Assembly: GCA_963706025.1 (NCBI GenBank)
Contig: CAVPLM010000005.1
Location: 192,001-256,000, forward strand
Reading direction: 5' to 3'
Length of the DNA stretch: 64,000 bases
DNA from: an uncultured Actinomycetes bacterium
Lineage (GTDB): Bacteria > Actinomycetota > Thermoleophilia > RBG-16-64-13
Shown: one piece after another, positions 62,065 through 64,000 of the stretch
Position numbering within the stretch: position 1 is the stretch's first letter
Layout: each line of letters begins with the position of its first letter
The notes under the pieces: generated by a model
Told to the model about the DNA's origin: nothing
Databases searched by the model: none
The model's input: the letters and a program-made list of their open reading frames with translations, nothing else
Made by a program: the position numbers and the translations under genes

Positions 62065-64000
62065 GTGGCGAAGAGACGGGTTTACGATATCGCTAAGGAG
62101 AAGGGCCTGACCAACCAGGAGCTGCTGGAGCGTCTCTCGGCGGCGGGCTTGGACGTCAAGAGCAGCGTCTCCACCGTTGAAGAGGCCGAGGTCGATCGTC
62201 TGCTTGCTCCCAAGGCCAAGGTCCGCGCCGCGAAGACGCCGGCGCCCAAAGAGCCGGCGGCGGAGCCGGCCCCGGCCGAAGGACCCGCTGCCTCCAAGCC
62301 GGTTGCGGCAGCTAAGCCGACCAAGGCTAGGCCTTCCGCGTCGAAGCCGCCAGCGGCTGAGACGGTGACGGTCGAAGCACCTGCGGCGCCCAAAGCACCT
62401 GCGGCGCCCAAGCCTGCGGCAGCTAGCCGACCAAGGCTAGGCCTCCGCGTCGCGCGCGCTGAGACGGTCGGAGCACCTGCGGCGCCCAAAGCACCTGCGG
62501 CGCCCAAAACGGCACCGAAAGCGCCGGCGGCCAAGAGCACTCCGTCCGAAGCTGCGGCGACTCAACCACCGGCGGCCAAGAGCACTTCGTCCGAGACAAG
62601 GGCGGCGGCCGGGTCGCCGGCAGGATCGAAGACCCCTAAGCCTCCCAAGCTCATCGACACCGTTGCTGCCCCGGTGACCGAGGCGCCTGCCGAGATCCCG
62701 TCAGAACCCGCTGCCCGGGAAGTAGCCGTTCTCGGACAGGACCAGACAGTATCGGCGGTTGCCGGCACGGCCGGCGGCCAGGCGCCCCGTCCGCCGCTCC
62801 GCCGGCCGCCCAGACCACGGGGCCGTGGACCGCGCCTCGAGGACATGCCCACGGTGGTAGGTCCGGGCGTCCCCTTGAGAAAGGGAGTCAAGCCCTCCGG
62901 CAATGTCGTGAGCAAAGAGGAGCTGGTTCGTATTCAGGCCGAGAAGGCAGCGCAGGCAGAGGCTGCACGCAAGGCCCGTGAAGCCGCGGCCAAGGCGGCG
63001 CCGTCGGGGCCTGTGACGCCGGGCCCGCGGAAGCCCGCGCCCTACCCCGGGCCACGTCCCGCGTCTCAGCCCGGGCCACGTCCCGCGTCTCAGCCCGGGC
63101 CTCGTCCCGCGCCGCCCCCGGGCAGCCGTCCTCCGCGCCCGGTTGGTCCTCCCCGCAGTGTCGAAGAGCGGCGGGAGCGTCCGAGTCGGCCGGCGCCGGT
63201 CCTTCCTCCCGGCTCATGGGGCGACGCTGTCGAGCCGGTCCAGCCTGCGCCTGGGAGCCGCGTCGCCGGCCCTTCACGGGTGCGCCGCGGTGACGACAAG
63301 CCGGCCAAGAGGCGGGTCATCATCGACTCGCAAGCGGGGCGCAGAGGTGGAAAGGGAGGGTTGCGCGACCACCACGGCGGTCCAGTGGTCGAAGCGGAGA
63401 GACCTGCCGTCAAGAAGAAGGCCGCCCCCGGTACCGAGTCTCCGGTCAAAGTGAAGAGCGGCGCCAGCGTCAAAGATCTCGGGGAGGCGCTGGAGCTGGG
63501 AGCAGGCGAGCTCATCAAGACCCTCATCAAGTTGGGGGAGATGGTCACTATCACGCAGTCCCTCTCCGACGAAGCCATCCTGATCTTGGCCGAGGAGTTC
63601 GAGCGCCAGGTCGAGATCGAGCACGCCGAGGAGGAGGTCGAGGGAACCGAGGCGTTCGCGGACGATCCCGCGGATCTCACGCCAAGGGCTCCGGTCGTGA
63701 CGATAATGGGGCATGTCGACCACGGCAAGACCTCGCTGCTGGACGCGATCCGGGAGACCGAGGTGGTGAAGTCCGAGGCCGGGGGCATCACTCAGCATAT
63801 CGGTGCATACCAAGTGACCCACAACGACAAGAAGGTCACGTTTCTCGACACTCCCGGTCACGAGGCCTTCACGGCCATGCGCGCCCGGGGAGCCAAGTCC
63901 ACCGACATAGCGGTGATCGTCGTCGCCGCCAATGACGGCGTCATGCCTCAGACGTTGGAGGCGATCAGCCACGCGAAGGCTGCCGAAGTTCCCATGGTTG
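62065..64000 (+). CDS. infB: Translation initiation factor IF-2 (3'-truncated by window edge)
   Basis: [10 protein letters not shown]...KSSVS N-terminus, Pro/Ala-rich linker with internal repeats, [40 protein letters not shown]; absent from the ORF track because no stop lies in the window. Confidence 0.96.
   Translation, partial: MAKRRVYDIAKEKGLTNQELLERLSAAGLDVKSSVSTVEEAEVDRLLAPKAKVRAAKTPAPKEPAAEPAPAEGPAASKPVAAAKPTKARPSASKPPAAETVTVEAPAAPKAPAAPKPAAASRPRLGLRVARAETVGAPAAPKAPAAPKTAPKAPAAKSTPSEAAATQPPAAKSTSSETRAAAGSPAGSKTPKPPKLIDTVAAPVTEAPAEIPSEPAAREVAVLGQDQTVSAVAGTAGGQAPRPPLRRPPRPRGRGPRLEDMPTVVGPGVPLRKGVKPSGNVVSKEELVRIQAEKAAQAEAARKAREAAAKAAPSGPVTPGPRKPAPYPGPRPASQPGPRPASQPGPRPAPPPGSRPPRPVGPPRSVEERRERPSRPAPVLPPGSWGDAVEPVQPAPGSRVAGPSRVRRGDDKPAKRRVIIDSQAGRRGGKGGLRDHHGGPVVEAERPAVKKKAAPGTESPVKVKSGASVKDLGEALELGAGELIKTLIKLGEMVTITQSLSDEAILILAEEFERQVEIEHAEEEVEGTEAFADDPADLTPRAPVVTIMGHVDHGKTSLLDAIRETEVVKSEAGGITQHIGAYQVTHNDKKVTFLDTPGHEAFTAMRARGAKSTDIAVIVVAANDGVMPQTLEAISHAKAAEVPMV

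Noticed and set aside
62304-62510. Degenerate tandem duplication of about 110 bp in the infB linker as a frameshift switch
   Set aside because: The net frame is preserved to the G domain; the IF-2 linker is known to be variable and the indels in the second copy look like consensus error.

Overview
High-GC bacterial chromosomal window, most likely from an Actinomycetota genome. The mihF-gmk-rpoZ-coaBC block and a WhiG/FliA sigma beside rpsB support this; a Thermoleophilia-like lineage is an inference. Many genes, including essential ones (carB, acpP), carry single-base frameshifts or paired compensating indels, so this looks like an indel-prone long-read assembly and most 'broken' genes are probably intact. 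Positions 1-18 kb are accessory: aminotransferase, DUF2294, Mut7-C, MFS, carbamate kinase, an ECF sigma with a BNR-repeat membrane partner and a lipoprotein hydrolase, a truncated MazF, M48 protease-EamA-formyltransferase, GNATs, DUF3795 and an amidase. Positions 18-64 kb are mostly core: carB-pyrK-pyrD, mihF-gmk-rpoZ-coaBC, plsX-acpP-rnc-smc-ftsY, ffh-rpsP-KH-rimM-trmD-lepB-rplS-lepB-rnhB, yraN-comM-dprA-xerC-whiG, rpsB-tsf-pyrH-frr-uppS-cdsA-dxr-rseP-ispG-proS and rimP-nusA-ylxR-infB. The best leads are: (1) a divergent RpoD-type sigma factor whose upstream promoter (TTGCGG-17-TATACT) holds a consensus Gram-positive LexA box in its spacer, i.e. a candidate SOS-induced primary-like sigma factor; (2) two independent tandem-repeat 'relays' of overlapping start/stop mini-ORFs joining adjacent genes; (3) a PyrR-type RNA site over the carB ribosome-binding site, with no carA in the operon; (4) a C3H zinc-finger-like tail on NusA. 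No rRNA, tRNA, CRISPR array or transposase was recognised.
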